Assembly: GCF_021378375.1 (NCBI RefSeq)
Contig: NZ_CP076228.1
Location: 300,001-332,000 of the forward strand
Source of the DNA: Wolbachia endosymbiont of Drosophila innubila
Lineage (GTDB): Bacteria > Pseudomonadota > Alphaproteobacteria > Rickettsiales > Anaplasmataceae
Reading direction: 5' to 3'
Length of the DNA: 32,000 nucleotides
The notes under the pieces are model-generated. The model had not been told where the DNA came from and did no database searches. It saw only the letters and a program-made list of their open reading frames with translations. The position numbers were made by a program, and so were the translations under genes. This document shows, piece by piece, positions 9,891 to 19,371 of the stretch (its first letter is position 1; each line of letters begins with the position of its first letter).

Positions 9891-12800
9891 TTAACGCTCA
9901 ATACTAACACTTAAATCCTGATATTCCTTAGAATAGAAGTTAGTTCCAATTTCTGTATTAATGTCCAAAGATAAGGCAAGGGTCTGCTCTTTTATATATT
10001 CAAACCACGTATTTATTGCTTCCTTAATTTTCTCTTCTTCTGTTTTGATTATTACTCTGATTCTATCTGATATATGAAAATCAGCTTGTTTTCTGGTTTC
10101 TTGAATGAGCCTCACGACATCTCTCGCTAACCCTTCTAGAATTAATTCATCATTTAGTTCAGTATTTAGAATGACAATCCCTTTATTGTTATCAAATACA
10201 GAGGAATATTCACTGTTTGCTTTTAACAATAGTTCATATTCGCCTTTTTCTATAATATAGCTCTCTGATTCGTCTCCTAGAAATATCTGCTCATTCTCAA
10301 CTTGCTTCCATTTTCCCTCCTTGACATATTGAACTAGCTTCTTGATTTTGTCTGGAATTCTTTTCCCAAGCAGTGGGAAATTTAGCTTTAACTCTAGTGA
10401 TGCAATACCTTCAAGTCTGTTTACTAATTCCAAGCTTTTTACATTCACCTCATCTTTTATCATCTCCTGGTACTCATTTGAATCTGCAGCACATTGGATC
10501 CCAGTGTCAGCTACTTGGATAACAGGAGAGAACTCTGGGATGACAGAAAGCGGTTCACCTTCAAGAAAACTACAGGAAGACTGATGATAAATGATCATAC
10601 TGCTAAGCGGCTGTCTGATACGTATATTAAAAGTGTTTCTGATCGAAAGTGCAGAGTTGCACACCTCTCTCACTAGATCCATCTTGGCAATGAGCTGACT
10701 ATCAAACTTCTCTAATTGTGGAAAATTAGCCAAATGAACAGATGTTTCTTCATACTTAAGCCCTTGCCATATATTCTCTGTTATAAGTGGCAACAAAGGA
10801 GCTGCAGCTCTTAGTATGTAATAAAAAACCGTATATAGAACATTATAAGCATCAGTTTTATCCTGATCCAAATCACTTTTCCAAAAACGCTCGCGACTGC
10901 GACGAATATACCAGTTATTCAGCACTTCAAAAAAATCTATCAGAATTTTGCAAGCCTCTTGGGAGCTATAGCTGTTCATAGAAGCTTGGATACTTTCTAC
11001 AGCTTCAAAACATTTGGAAATCATGTAGCGATCAATAGTACTTTGATAATCCTTACAAACTTCAGCTTTAATTCCATCTGCATTTGCATACATAGTAAAA
11101 AAGTGATAACTGTTCCAAATAGGTTTTATTACGTTTTTCAGAACATCTCGTATTGAGTTTCCTTCTTTATCGAGTAGCAAATTACCACCACAAATAATAG
11201 ATCCAGAAAGCATAAGAAAACGCAGTGCATCAGAACCGTATCTATCAAAAACCTCCATTGGATCTGCATAGTTATTCAAACGTTTGGACAATTTTTGCCC
11301 TTTTACATCCAAAACAACACCGTGGCATATGCAGTTCTTAAATGGTTCCCTATTAAACAAAGCAGTGGACAATACAAAGAGCGTATAAAACCACCCCCTG
11401 GTTTGCGCTATGTATTCAGTGATAAAATCCGCAGATTCAAACCACTCCTTATTTTCAAACGGATAGTGGATTTGCGCAAATGGCATCGAGCCAGATTCAA
11501 ACCAGCAGTCAAACACGTCAGGTACACGGCGCATAACTGATTTTCCTGTTGGATCATCAGGATTTAGTCTTGTTAAAGTATCGATAAATGGTCTGTGCAA
11601 GTCGTCTATTTTAACATTAAAATCTCTCTCCAGTTCTTCTATTGAACCATATACATCTACTCTTGGATATCTCGCATCATCTGATTTCCATACAGGGATT
11701 GGCGTACCCCAGAATCGATTGCGTGAAATTGACCAGTCGTGTGCCCCTTCAAGCCATTTTCCAAATTGACCATCTCTAATGTGGTTTGGTATCCAATTAA
11801 CTCTCTTATTTAGCTCTACCATTCTGCTTTTGAATTTTGTAACAGCAACATACCAAGAAGGCATAGTTCGATAGATCAAAGGAGTGTCAGTTCTCCAGCA
11901 GTGTGGATAATTGTGAATATATTGCTCAGTCTTAAACCAACTTCCCTGCCCTTTCAATTTTTTTATTACTGTATCATTGGCATCAAAAACATGAACCCCT
12001 GCCAAATCTGAAACTTCAGCAGTAAATTTTCCACTGTTATCAATTGGACAAATAACTGGAATATCATGGCTTTGGCAAAGGTAAAAATCTTCCTCACCAA
12101 ATCCAGGAGCAGTATGCACAACGCCAGTACCGTCTTCTTCCGTCACATAATCAGCAATAAAAACGCGAAATGCATTTTTTGTGTCTTTAAAATAGTCAAA
12201 CAGTGGTTTGTAAGAAAGACCTGCAAGATCATTCGCTTTAAGTTTTATATTGCAGTTTTCATATGGAATATTGTTTTGTTCAGAGTGGCTGATAAATTTC
12301 TCTAAGTAGCTTTCAGCAAAAATGTATATTTCACCATTCATTGAACTTCCTTCACTACTCCCTGTCATCCCAGTGCCCAGACACTGGGATCCAGAAATAG
12401 ATTCCAGCGTCACGCGCTGGAATGACATCAAAGGGTGGACTGACACTGCACAATACTTAATATCTTTTCCTATTGCTAAAGCCAAGTTGCTCGGCAACGT
12501 CCAAGGAGTTGTAGTCCAAGCAAGTAATTTACACTTTCGTTTAACACTTTTAAATTGCTGTGGGTTTTCTAAAAGCTCAAATGCAACAGTTACAGCTTTG
12601 CTAACTTTTTCTCTATACGCGTTATCAAGCCTTGTTTCGAAATTAGATAATGGAGTTTCGCATGCCCAGCTATATGGTACAACGCGCACTGATTCATACA
12701 CCAGACCCTTATCATAAAGCTGCTTGAATGCCCACATGACCGACTCCATGAATGATTTATCCATAGTCTTATAGTCATTGTGAAAGTCTACCCACCTTGC

Positions 12801-13226
12801 TTGCCTATTTACATACTTCTCCCACTCTGATGAAAATTTCATCACAGAAGTACGGCAATGATCGTTAAATTTATCTATACCAAACTTCTCTATCTCAGTT
12901 CTACCAGATATTCCAAGTTCTTTTTCTGCACCCATCTCAGCCGGCAATCCATGGCAATCCCAGCCAAATCTACGTTCAACCCTTTTTTGAAGCATAGTTT
13001 GATATCTTGCAAATGCGTCTTTGATGAAACCAGTGAGTAAATGTCCATAATGCGGAAGTCCATTTGCAAACGGAGGCCCATCGTAAAAGACAAAACAATT
13101 ATCCTTGGAACGTTCTTCAACTGACCGCTCAAAAACTTTGTTTTCCTGCCAAAATTTTATGATTTCCTTTTCTAACGATAAAAAATCAGGACTACTTACT
13201 GTATCAGGATAATGCTTTGACTTCAT
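9891..13226 (-). CDS. ileS: Isoleucine--tRNA ligase
   Basis: 1111 aa with PPFANGLPHYGHLLTGFIKD, WDCHGLPAE, CWFESGSMPFAQ, GQKLSKRLNNYADP. Contains two apparent in-frame repeat-element insertions. Confidence 0.96.
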   Translation of the reverse strand: MKSKHYPDTVSSPDFLSLEKEIIKFWQENKVFERSVEERSKDNCFVFYDGPPFANGLPHYGHLLTGFIKDAFARYQTMLQKRVERRFGWDCHGLPAEMGAEKELGISGRTEIEKFGIDKFNDHCRTSVMKFSSEWEKYVNRQARWVDFHNDYKTMDKSFMESVMWAFKQLYDKGLVYESVRVVPYSWACETPLSNFETRLDNAYREKVSKAVTVAFELLENPQQFKSVKRKCKLLAWTTTPWTLPSNLALAIGKDIKYCAVSVHPLMSFQRVTLESISGSQCLGTGMTGSSEGSSMNGEIYIFAESYLEKFISHSEQNNIPYENCNIKLKANDLAGLSYKPLFDYFKDTKNAFRVFIADYVTEEDGTGVVHTAPGFGEEDFYLCQSHDIPVICPIDNSGKFTAEVSDLAGVHVFDANDTVIKKLKGQGSWFKTEQYIHNYPHCWRTDTPLIYRTMPSWYVAVTKFKSRMVELNKRVNWIPNHIRDGQFGKWLEGAHDWSISRNRFWGTPIPVWKSDDARYPRVDVYGSIEELERDFNVKIDDLHRPFIDTLTRLNPDDPTGKSVMRRVPDVFDCWFESGSMPFAQIHYPFENKEWFESADFITEYIAQTRGWFYTLFVLSTALFNREPFKNCICHGVVLDVKGQKLSKRLNNYADPMEVFDRYGSDALRFLMLSGSIICGGNLLLDKEGNSIRDVLKNVIKPIWNSYHFFTMYANADGIKAEVCKDYQSTIDRYMISKCFEAVESIQASMNSYSSQEACKILIDFFEVLNNWYIRRSRERFWKSDLDQDKTDAYNVLYTVFYYILRAAAPLLPLITENIWQGLKYEETSVHLANFPQLEKFDSQLIAKMDLVREVCNSALSIRNTFNIRIRQPLSSMIIYHQSSCSFLEGEPLSVIPEFSPVIQVADTGIQCAADSNEYQEMIKDEVNVKSLELVNRLEGIASLELKLNFPLLGKRIPDKIKKLVQYVKEGKWKQVENEQIFLGDESESYIIEKGEYELLLKANSEYSSVFDNNKGIVILNTELNDELILEGLARDVVRLIQETRKQADFHISDRIRVIIKTEEEKIKEAINTWFEYIKEQTLALSLDINTEIGTNFYSKEYQDLSVSIER
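10479..10557. repeat. Palindromic repeat element inserted in frame near the 3' end of ileS (approximate bounds)
   Basis: Contains ATCCCAGTGTCAGCTACTTGGAT...CTCTGGGATGACAG, resembling the intergenic repeats elsewhere in the window. It encodes roughly EPLSVIPEFSPVIQVADTGIQCAADS within the IleRS C-terminal region. Confidence 0.75.
12345..12440. repeat. Palindromic repeat element inserted in frame in the ileS editing-domain region (approximate bounds)
   Basis: Two hairpins, ATCCCAGTG-CCCAGA-CACTGGGAT (12367-12390) and ATTCCAGCG-TCACG-CGCTGGAAT (12401-12423), encode VHPLMSFQRVTLESISGSQCLGTGMTGSSEGS between KDIKYCAVS and MNGEIYIF. Confidence 0.85.
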
Positions 13227-13296
13227 GTTCGCTATGTAAAACTAAAGAATATAGGGCTTTCTGAAAAATTACAAATTCAAAAATATTTCCGTAGCT

Positions 13297-13333
13297 CACA
13301 CCCCAACAAACTATTCTGCCGAGCTTCCAATAC
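13297..13333. repeat. 37-bp duplicate of the miaB 3' end (other copy 15020-15056)
   Basis: CACACCCCAACAAACTATTCTGCCGAGCTTCCAATAC versus CACACCCCAGCAAACTACTCTGCCGAGCTTCCAACAC, 3 mismatches in 37, same orientation. Confidence 0.9.
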
Positions 13334-13402
13334 CTTTTTTTAAGTTTTACTTGCAGTTTTTATTGTTTTACTTAACATTAACCCAAGCTTTAGGGGTATT
13401 TT

Positions 13403-14869
13403 ATGGATCAGAAGACAGATAAGTTTCCACAATTTTTAAAAATGTTGTGCTTTGTTGAAATGTGGGAACGTTTCTCTTACTATGGAATGAGGGCACTTTT
13501 GGTCCTATTTTTGACTTCTCACTTAGGTTTCACTGATAAGAGGGCCTTTACTATTTACTCATTATTTGCTGCAACAGGTTATGCTATACCAATACTTGGA
13601 GGTTTTTTAGCTGATAAGTTGATGGGATTCCGCAACATGGTGTTGCTTGGAGGGATAGTGATGATAGCAGGTCATGCTTGCATGTCATTGGTTAAGTTTG
13701 AACCAGGTTTATTATATTTAGGTTTATCTCTAATAGCCATAGGTACTGGTATGTTTAAAGGGAACGTAACTAACTTACTTAGTTCATGCTATGGCAAAGA
13801 CGATCCTGAACGTAGCAGAGGCTTTACTTTATTTTACGTAGGTGTGAATATTGGAGCAATATTGGCTTCTATTTCATGTGGTTATGTAGCCCACTTGTTT
13901 GGCTGGCACTACGGCTTTGGTTTAGCTGGTATTGGGATGTCTATAGGGCTAATCTTTTTTCTCAAATTTCAGAATCTTTTAGGAGATAGCGGCCTTTCTC
14001 CTTATCCAGAGCTTATGAATAAGCGCATATTAGGGATTAAAATTTTTGGTATAGTATTGATAGGAAGCTTTCTGTCATCATCAATAATTGCTAAAATGCT
14101 TATACATAGTGAATTTTTTACTAATATGCTCATATTTATTGGAATAACAGCTCTGGGCATATTTATTTATATAATATCTAAATTATCAGCAGAACAAAGA
14201 CGAAAATTAGTGGCATTATCTATTCTTGTGGTATTTTTCTTGTGTTTTTTTGCTTTAGAAATGCAGCTTGGCTCTTTGGTTAACTTATTCACCGAAAGAA
14301 ACGTTATTAACAATGTATTAGGTATAACAATCCCAGCTTCAGTTTCTCAAGCCATAAATCCTTTGTCAATTATAATATTTGGCTTTCTTTTTGGAACATA
14401 CATGAAGTTTAAGCAAAAATATGCAACTTCCATGTTTACCCTTGGCCTTCTGACAATGGCTATGTGTTTTTTCACACTGTACATAGGATGTTTAAACTCT
14501 AACATTGAAGGTAAAGTAGAATACTTATATTTAATAATTGCTATCTCCTTTATGGGACTGGGAGAATTATGTATTGCTCCATTAGTCCAAGAACAAGCAA
14601 CTACACTAGCCCCCAAAAACCTTAGAGGAGTAGTGATGGGTATAGTAATGCTGTCATTAGCGTTTTCTAACCTAGCCGAAGTTGCAATATCAAAATTTAT
14701 GTCAGTTCCTTCAGTAAATGGTAAAATAAATTATTTAGAATCTTTAGAAATATATAAAGAGGGTTTTTTAAAGGTGGGAATATTTAATTTAATGCTCGTT
14801 ATTGTATTTTTATTCTTCTTCAATTTTATACATAAAGTTGTTACTAACTCATCTTGTACAAAAAATTGA
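13403..14869 (+). CDS. POT/PTR-family proton-dependent peptide transporter (MFS)
   Basis: 488 aa with FSYYGMRALLVLFLTSHLGF, GGFLADKLMGFRNMVLLGG, FTLFYVGVNIGAILAS, typical of the oligopeptide:H+ symporter family. Confidence 0.92.
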   Translation: MDQKTDKFPQFLKMLCFVEMWERFSYYGMRALLVLFLTSHLGFTDKRAFTIYSLFAATGYAIPILGGFLADKLMGFRNMVLLGGIVMIAGHACMSLVKFEPGLLYLGLSLIAIGTGMFKGNVTNLLSSCYGKDDPERSRGFTLFYVGVNIGAILASISCGYVAHLFGWHYGFGLAGIGMSIGLIFFLKFQNLLGDSGLSPYPELMNKRILGIKIFGIVLIGSFLSSSIIAKMLIHSEFFTNMLIFIGITALGIFIYIISKLSAEQRRKLVALSILVVFFLCFFALEMQLGSLVNLFTERNVINNVLGITIPASVSQAINPLSIIIFGFLFGTYMKFKQKYATSMFTLGLLTMAMCFFTLYIGCLNSNIEGKVEYLYLIIAISFMGLGELCIAPLVQEQATTLAPKNLRGVVMGIVMLSLAFSNLAEVAISKFMSVPSVNGKINYLESLEIYKEGFLKVGIFNLMLVIVFLFFFNFIHKVVTNSSCTKN

Positions 14870-15008
14870 TATAGGTAAGCTCAAATTTGTAGGTTTAAGG
14901 TATCCGTTCAGCAGAGGTAGCAATTAAATTTTGTAACTTTTGAAAAAGATTATGATTGCATTTTTTCAATACTCTTTGCTTAAGATTTATATTTAACGCT
15001 GCTTAAAA

Positions 15009-16328
15009 TCAGTGAAATGCACACCCCAGCAAACTACTCTGCCGAGCTTCCAACACTTTCACATTTACTATTTTGTCCCTGTATTTATCTTCAGAATCAT
15101 CAATGCACACTGATTGCATATATGGGCTTTTACCAATAATTTGGTTTTGGTGTTTACCTTTTTTATCGCTAAATAGAACAGGTATAGTTTTACCTACCAT
15201 ACTCTGGTTAAACTTAAGTTGTTGCTTACTAATTAATTTCTGTAAACGAAGAAGGCGCTCTGTTTTAACCTCTTCTGGTACTTGATCTTTTCTTTCCGCT
15301 CCCGGTGTGCCTGGTCTTGGGCTGTATTTAAAACTATAAGCCTGAGCATATCTAACTTTTTCTACTAATTTCATAATTTCTTCAAAATCTTTTTCGGTTT
15401 CTCCAGGAAAACCAACAATAAAATCAGAAGAAAATTCGATTTCAGGTTTCAATTTGCGAAATCTGTCTATTATTTCCAAATACTCCTCTGCGGTGTGTTT
15501 CCTGTTCATCGCGTGCAATATTTTATTCGAACCAGACTGCACAGGCAGGTGAACAAACGGCATGAGCTTTGGCTCTTCCGCATGTGCCAAGTAGAGAGAT
15601 TCATGCATATCTCTTGGATGAGAAGTTGTATAACGAATCCTCTCTAGCTTTTCAATTTTAGCAATATGACTAATTAATTTTCCTAAATCCCACACTTCCC
15701 CTTCGCACTCCCCATGGTAAGCATTGACGTTCTGACCAAGCAAATTGATCTCATTTGCCCCATTTGCAACTAATTTCAATGCTTCACGAAATATTTCATT
15801 CACTGGCCGTGAATACTCAGCTCCACGAGTATAGGGCACTACACAAAACGTACAAAATTTATCACAACCCTCTTGTATGGCAAGAAACGCAGAAGACCCC
15901 TGGCTATTGCCATAGCATTCATCTGGCAATTTATCAAACTTTGCAACTTCAGGAAAATCAGTATTTATTACATGACCTTTACTTCTGCTTGCTTTGACTA
16001 TCAGCTCCGGTAAGGTAGCGATACTCTGCGGACCAACAACAATATCAACAAAAGGAGCCCTTCTGAACACTTCTTCTCCCTCTGCTTGCGCTACACACCC
16101 AGCCACCACTATAGTCATTTCTTTTCGTAACGAATGAATCTTCCCAAGCTCTGAGTAAAGTTTTTCTGCTGCCTTCTCTCTAATGTGACAAGTATTCAGT
16201 ATCACTAAATCGGCTTTCCCTGCATCACTAACAACGTTGAACCCCAAAGGTTTAATTACATTTTCCATTAAAACGGAGTCATAAACGTTCATCTGACAGC
16301 CGTAAGTTTTAATATATAGGCCTTTCAT
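15009..16328 (-). CDS. miaB: tRNA-2-methylthio-N6-dimethylallyladenosine synthase
   Basis: 439 aa with [12 protein letters not shown], radical [26 protein letters not shown] and a TRAM-like C-terminus. Confidence 0.96.
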   Translation of the reverse strand: MKGLYIKTYGCQMNVYDSVLMENVIKPLGFNVVSDAGKADLVILNTCHIREKAAEKLYSELGKIHSLRKEMTIVVAGCVAQAEGEEVFRRAPFVDIVVGPQSIATLPELIVKASRSKGHVINTDFPEVAKFDKLPDECYGNSQGSSAFLAIQEGCDKFCTFCVVPYTRGAEYSRPVNEIFREALKLVANGANEINLLGQNVNAYHGECEGEVWDLGKLISHIAKIEKLERIRYTTSHPRDMHESLYLAHAEEPKLMPFVHLPVQSGSNKILHAMNRKHTAEEYLEIIDRFRKLKPEIEFSSDFIVGFPGETEKDFEEIMKLVEKVRYAQAYSFKYSPRPGTPGAERKDQVPEEVKTERLLRLQKLISKQQLKFNQSMVGKTIPVLFSDKKGKHQNQIIGKSPYMQSVCIDDSEDKYRDKIVNVKVLEARQSSLLGCAFH

Positions 16329-16447
16329 ATTTGGTATGTCTTTTTCAAAATTTCTTCACCCTACACGTAAATGTCTAACAGACCAGCGCGTGACGCTAGT
16401 GAACTTGCTAGCACAATAGATTTTGACAAAATTATACGAAAAACTGG

Positions 16448-16470
16448 ATCCCAGTGTCAAGCACTGGGAT
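16448..16470. repeat. Palindromic repeat hairpin between miaB and hemJ
   Basis: ATCCCAGTG-TCAAG-CACTGGGAT followed by GAC, the same core as the ileS element. Confidence 0.85.
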
Positions 16471-16567
16471 GACAAGAAAGGGAGCACTGGAATTTTTATT
16501 TCAGTATTGTACATTAGCCATGCATCTGAACAGATACGAGCTTTCTGCTTTTTTTGGGTAAGGTCAG

Positions 16568-17002
16568 TCAAAAAGGTTTTACAACAACCATAATAACTAT
16601 AACTATTATCAATACTGTAACTGCTTCATTTAAAACGCGAAAATAAATATGTGACTTCTTATTCGAACCCATTGCAAAATTTTTCCTATATTTTGCAAGT
16701 AGCATATGAATAATTAACATCAAAAGTATTGCAAATGCTTTTACATGAAACCATCCTTCACGATATGCTTCCCTAATAACCATTAGTGTAATTCCAAGAC
16801 CAAGTGAGAAAAGCATTGCAGGGTTTATGATATATCTAAGTAGCCTCTTTTCCATTGTTTGAAGCAAGCTATCATTTTCCGATCCCGGTTTTACAGTTGC
16901 ATGGTAGACATAAAGCCTGGGTAAATAAAGCATACCTGCCATCCACATGATAACAGAGATAACGTGAAAAGCCTCAAGCCAGTGGTAATAGTTCATTAGC
17001 AA
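16568..17002 (-). CDS. hemJ: Protoporphyrinogen oxidase HemJ-like (CopD/UPF0093 family) membrane protein
   Basis: 144 aa, YYHWLEAFHVISVIMWMAGMLYLPRLYVYHA and MEKRLLRYIINPAMLFSLGLG, characteristic of HemJ. Confidence 0.9.
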   Translation of the reverse strand: MLMNYYHWLEAFHVISVIMWMAGMLYLPRLYVYHATVKPGSENDSLLQTMEKRLLRYIINPAMLFSLGLGITLMVIREAYREGWFHVKAFAILLMLIIHMLLAKYRKNFAMGSNKKSHIYFRVLNEAVTVLIIVIVIMVVVKPF

Positions 17003-17051
17003 AAATTTAAAATTCCTGGTATTGTGTTAGTTTAATGAAAAAGAAATCGAT

Positions 17052-18032
17052 ATGAAAGCAGAAAATTTCACTAAAGAACAGATAATTGGATTCTACAGGA
17101 AAATGCTACTCATACGCAGATTTGAGGAAAAAGCAGGACAATTATATGGGATGGGATTAATAGGCGGGTTCTGTCACCTATCAATAGGACAAGAAGCAGT
17201 TGCAGTTGGAACTCAAGCTGCATCAAAATTAGGTGACGCTTTTATCACAAGTTATAGAGACCATGGCTTAATGCTCGCATGTGATTCTGATCCAAATGTT
17301 GTAATGGCAGAGCTTACCGGCAAAGAAACAGGATGCTCGAAAGGTAAAGGTGGTTCGATGCACGTATTTGACGTTGAAAAAAAATTCTTCGGCGGGCATG
17401 GAATAGTGGGAGCACAAGTTCCAATTGGCACAGGAATAGCATTTGCTAATAAATATAAGAAAAAAGATAATGTGGTATTTACATATTTTGGCGACGGTGC
17501 TGCAAATCAAGGACAAGTATATGAATCGTTTAATATGGCATCTTTGTGGGAGTTGCCTGTGGTTTACATCATAGAAAATAATGAATACGCAATGGGAACC
17601 TCCGTGCAAAGGTCAACTTTAGTAACAGAGTTATATAAAAGAGGAGAAAGTTTTGGTATTCCTGGAAAACAAGTTGATGGAATGGATTTTTTCTCTGTTT
17701 ATGAGGCTACAAGCGAAGCAGCGGAACACACACGCAGCGGAAAAGGGCCTATCCTGCTTGAAATGAAGACATATCGATATCGCGGTCACTCAATGTCAGA
17801 TCCTGCTACTTATCGCTTAAAAGAAGAAGTTGAAGATATGAAGCAAAATCATGACCCTATAAGCACTTTAAAGAAATACATGACAGATAATAAAATGGCT
17901 TCAGAAGAAGAGTGCAAAGTAATTGATAAGGAAATACGTGATTTAGTAAAAAAGTCGGAAGATTTTGCCAAAAATAGTAAAGAACCAAGCGTTGATGAGC
18001 TGTATACTGATGTTTATAAATTTGTTAGCTAA
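17052..18032 (+). CDS. pdhA: Pyruvate dehydrogenase E1 component alpha subunit
   Basis: 326 aa with MLLIRRFEEKAGQLYGMGLIGGFCHLSIGQEAV, GDGAANQGQVYESFNMA, YRYRGHSMSDPATYR. Confidence 0.97.
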   Translation: MKAENFTKEQIIGFYRKMLLIRRFEEKAGQLYGMGLIGGFCHLSIGQEAVAVGTQAASKLGDAFITSYRDHGLMLACDSDPNVVMAELTGKETGCSKGKGGSMHVFDVEKKFFGGHGIVGAQVPIGTGIAFANKYKKKDNVVFTYFGDGAANQGQVYESFNMASLWELPVVYIIENNEYAMGTSVQRSTLVTELYKRGESFGIPGKQVDGMDFFSVYEATSEAAEHTRSGKGPILLEMKTYRYRGHSMSDPATYRLKEEVEDMKQNHDPISTLKKYMTDNKMASEEECKVIDKEIRDLVKKSEDFAKNSKEPSVDELYTDVYKFVS

Positions 18033-18155
18033 TTTTTTTATCCAGAACTGTACAAACATTGTATAGTAAACGATGTCATCCAAATAGCTCCTTCTCCCGT
18101 CATCCAAGTGCCCTCCTTTTTTTGTCATCCCAGTGCTCTGACTACTTGGATCCAG

Positions 18156-18280
18156 CTGAGTTGGTGAGTATAAAAGTATAGCTAACGCAAGCTCTACGTC
18201 ATGCCGCCGCGAACCGTCATACCGCGATTCATTCGCGGTATCTCTAGATCCCGCTAACAAGCAGCGGGATGACGGTTGTC
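18156..18280. repeat. Composite palindromic repeat block (inverted partner at 24235-24318 and 24425-24477)
   Basis: Read directly; the reverse complement of 18197-18280 matches 24235-24318 with 1 mismatch in 84. Confidence 0.92.
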
Positions 18281-18364
18281 AGGCTAGCTGTCATCTCAGT
18301 AGTCTCCTTCTCCTGTCATTCGAGTAGCTGACACTGGTTCCTTTATGACGGCAGTAGCCCCTTC

Positions 18365-18399
18365 GGTGTCATTCCAGTGCTTGACACTGGAATGACACC
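18365..18399. repeat. Perfect 15-bp inverted repeat with 5-nt loop between pdhA and the rluC-like gene
   Basis: GGTGTCATTCCAGTG-CTTGA-CACTGGAATGACACC. Confidence 0.97.
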
Positions 18400-18440
18400 A
18401 ATAATTGACATTTCACTAGATATTCATTATAAATAATGGA

Positions 18441-19364
18441 ATGCTACAAAGTATAAAAACCATATTAATAGAAGACGATAACGTTAGGCTGGATAGGTAC
18501 ATCAGAAGAATCTTTCCTGATCTAAAGCAATCTGTAATTGAAAAATCTTTAAGGAAAGGATTAATCAAAGTTGATGATTGCAAAGCAAAGTCCAGTGATA
18601 GAGTAAATTCTGGGCAAACTATAACGCTGAAGCACTTGAATTATATTGAAAACGCTAATTCTGATCGCAAATATAATGAAAAGTTAGTGAATCTACTAAG
18701 AGAGAACATATTATATGAAGACGAATATATACTAGCTATAAACAAACCCGCAGGGGTCATCGTTCAAGGTGGCGTAAAAGTAAAGATTAGCATGAGTGAT
18801 TTGCTTGACCAAATAAGAGAGGGAGAAACATTTAAAATTGTCCATAGGCTAGATAGAGATACGAGTGGAGTGATAATATTCGCACGCAACGCTAATGTTG
18901 CCAGATACCTTATGGAAGAATTTAAAGGACGAAGAGTAAAAAAAACTTATTTAGCATTAACTTCTGGCATACCGAGCAAGGATAGTGGAACAATAGACTA
19001 TCCATTGGTGAAAAAATATGTTTCAGGTCAAGAAAAAGTGGTCGTTGATGAAAATTCACCTCAGAATGCCACTACGCATTTTTCAATTATAGCAAAATCC
19101 AAACACAATGTTGCTTATTTAAAATTACAACCAATTACCGGCAGAACCCATCAGTTACGTGCACATTTAGCTCATATAAATTGCCCTATTCTTGGTGACG
19201 GTAAATATGGTGGTAAAAAAGCTTTTATTGATGGGATAGCAAATAAAATTCACCTTCATTCGCATTCTTTATCTTTAAAACTGCCAAACAATAAAGAAAT
19301 CACTATCACCGCTCCTATCACTAAACACATCGAAAAATCCATTGAAGCGCTATTTTTCGACTGA
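18441..19364 (+). CDS. rluC: RluA/RluC-family 23S rRNA pseudouridine synthase
   Basis: 307 aa with S4-like N-terminus, VHRLDRDTSGVIIFARN, LKLQPITGRTHQLRAHLAHINCPILGDGKYGG. Confidence 0.92.
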   Translation: MLQSIKTILIEDDNVRLDRYIRRIFPDLKQSVIEKSLRKGLIKVDDCKAKSSDRVNSGQTITLKHLNYIENANSDRKYNEKLVNLLRENILYEDEYILAINKPAGVIVQGGVKVKISMSDLLDQIREGETFKIVHRLDRDTSGVIIFARNANVARYLMEEFKGRRVKKTYLALTSGIPSKDSGTIDYPLVKKYVSGQEKVVVDENSPQNATTHFSIIAKSKHNVAYLKLQPITGRTHQLRAHLAHINCPILGDGKYGGKKAFIDGIANKIHLHSHSLSLKLPNNKEITITAPITKHIEKSIEALFFD

Positions 19365-19371
19365 AACGATT

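Noticed and set aside
12322-12717. 131-aa plus-strand ORF antisense to ileS
   Set aside because: Shadow ORF of a well-supported essential gene, partly encoded by the palindromic repeat; no motifs.
16356-16571. 71-aa minus-strand ORF between miaB and hemJ
   Set aside because: Largely a translation of the palindromic repeat (ILPFLSSQCLTLGS-like); same repeat is clearly intergenic elsewhere.
17943-18260. 105-aa minus-strand ORF after pdhA
   Set aside because: Overlaps the pdhA 3' end and the composite repeat block; no independent coding evidence.
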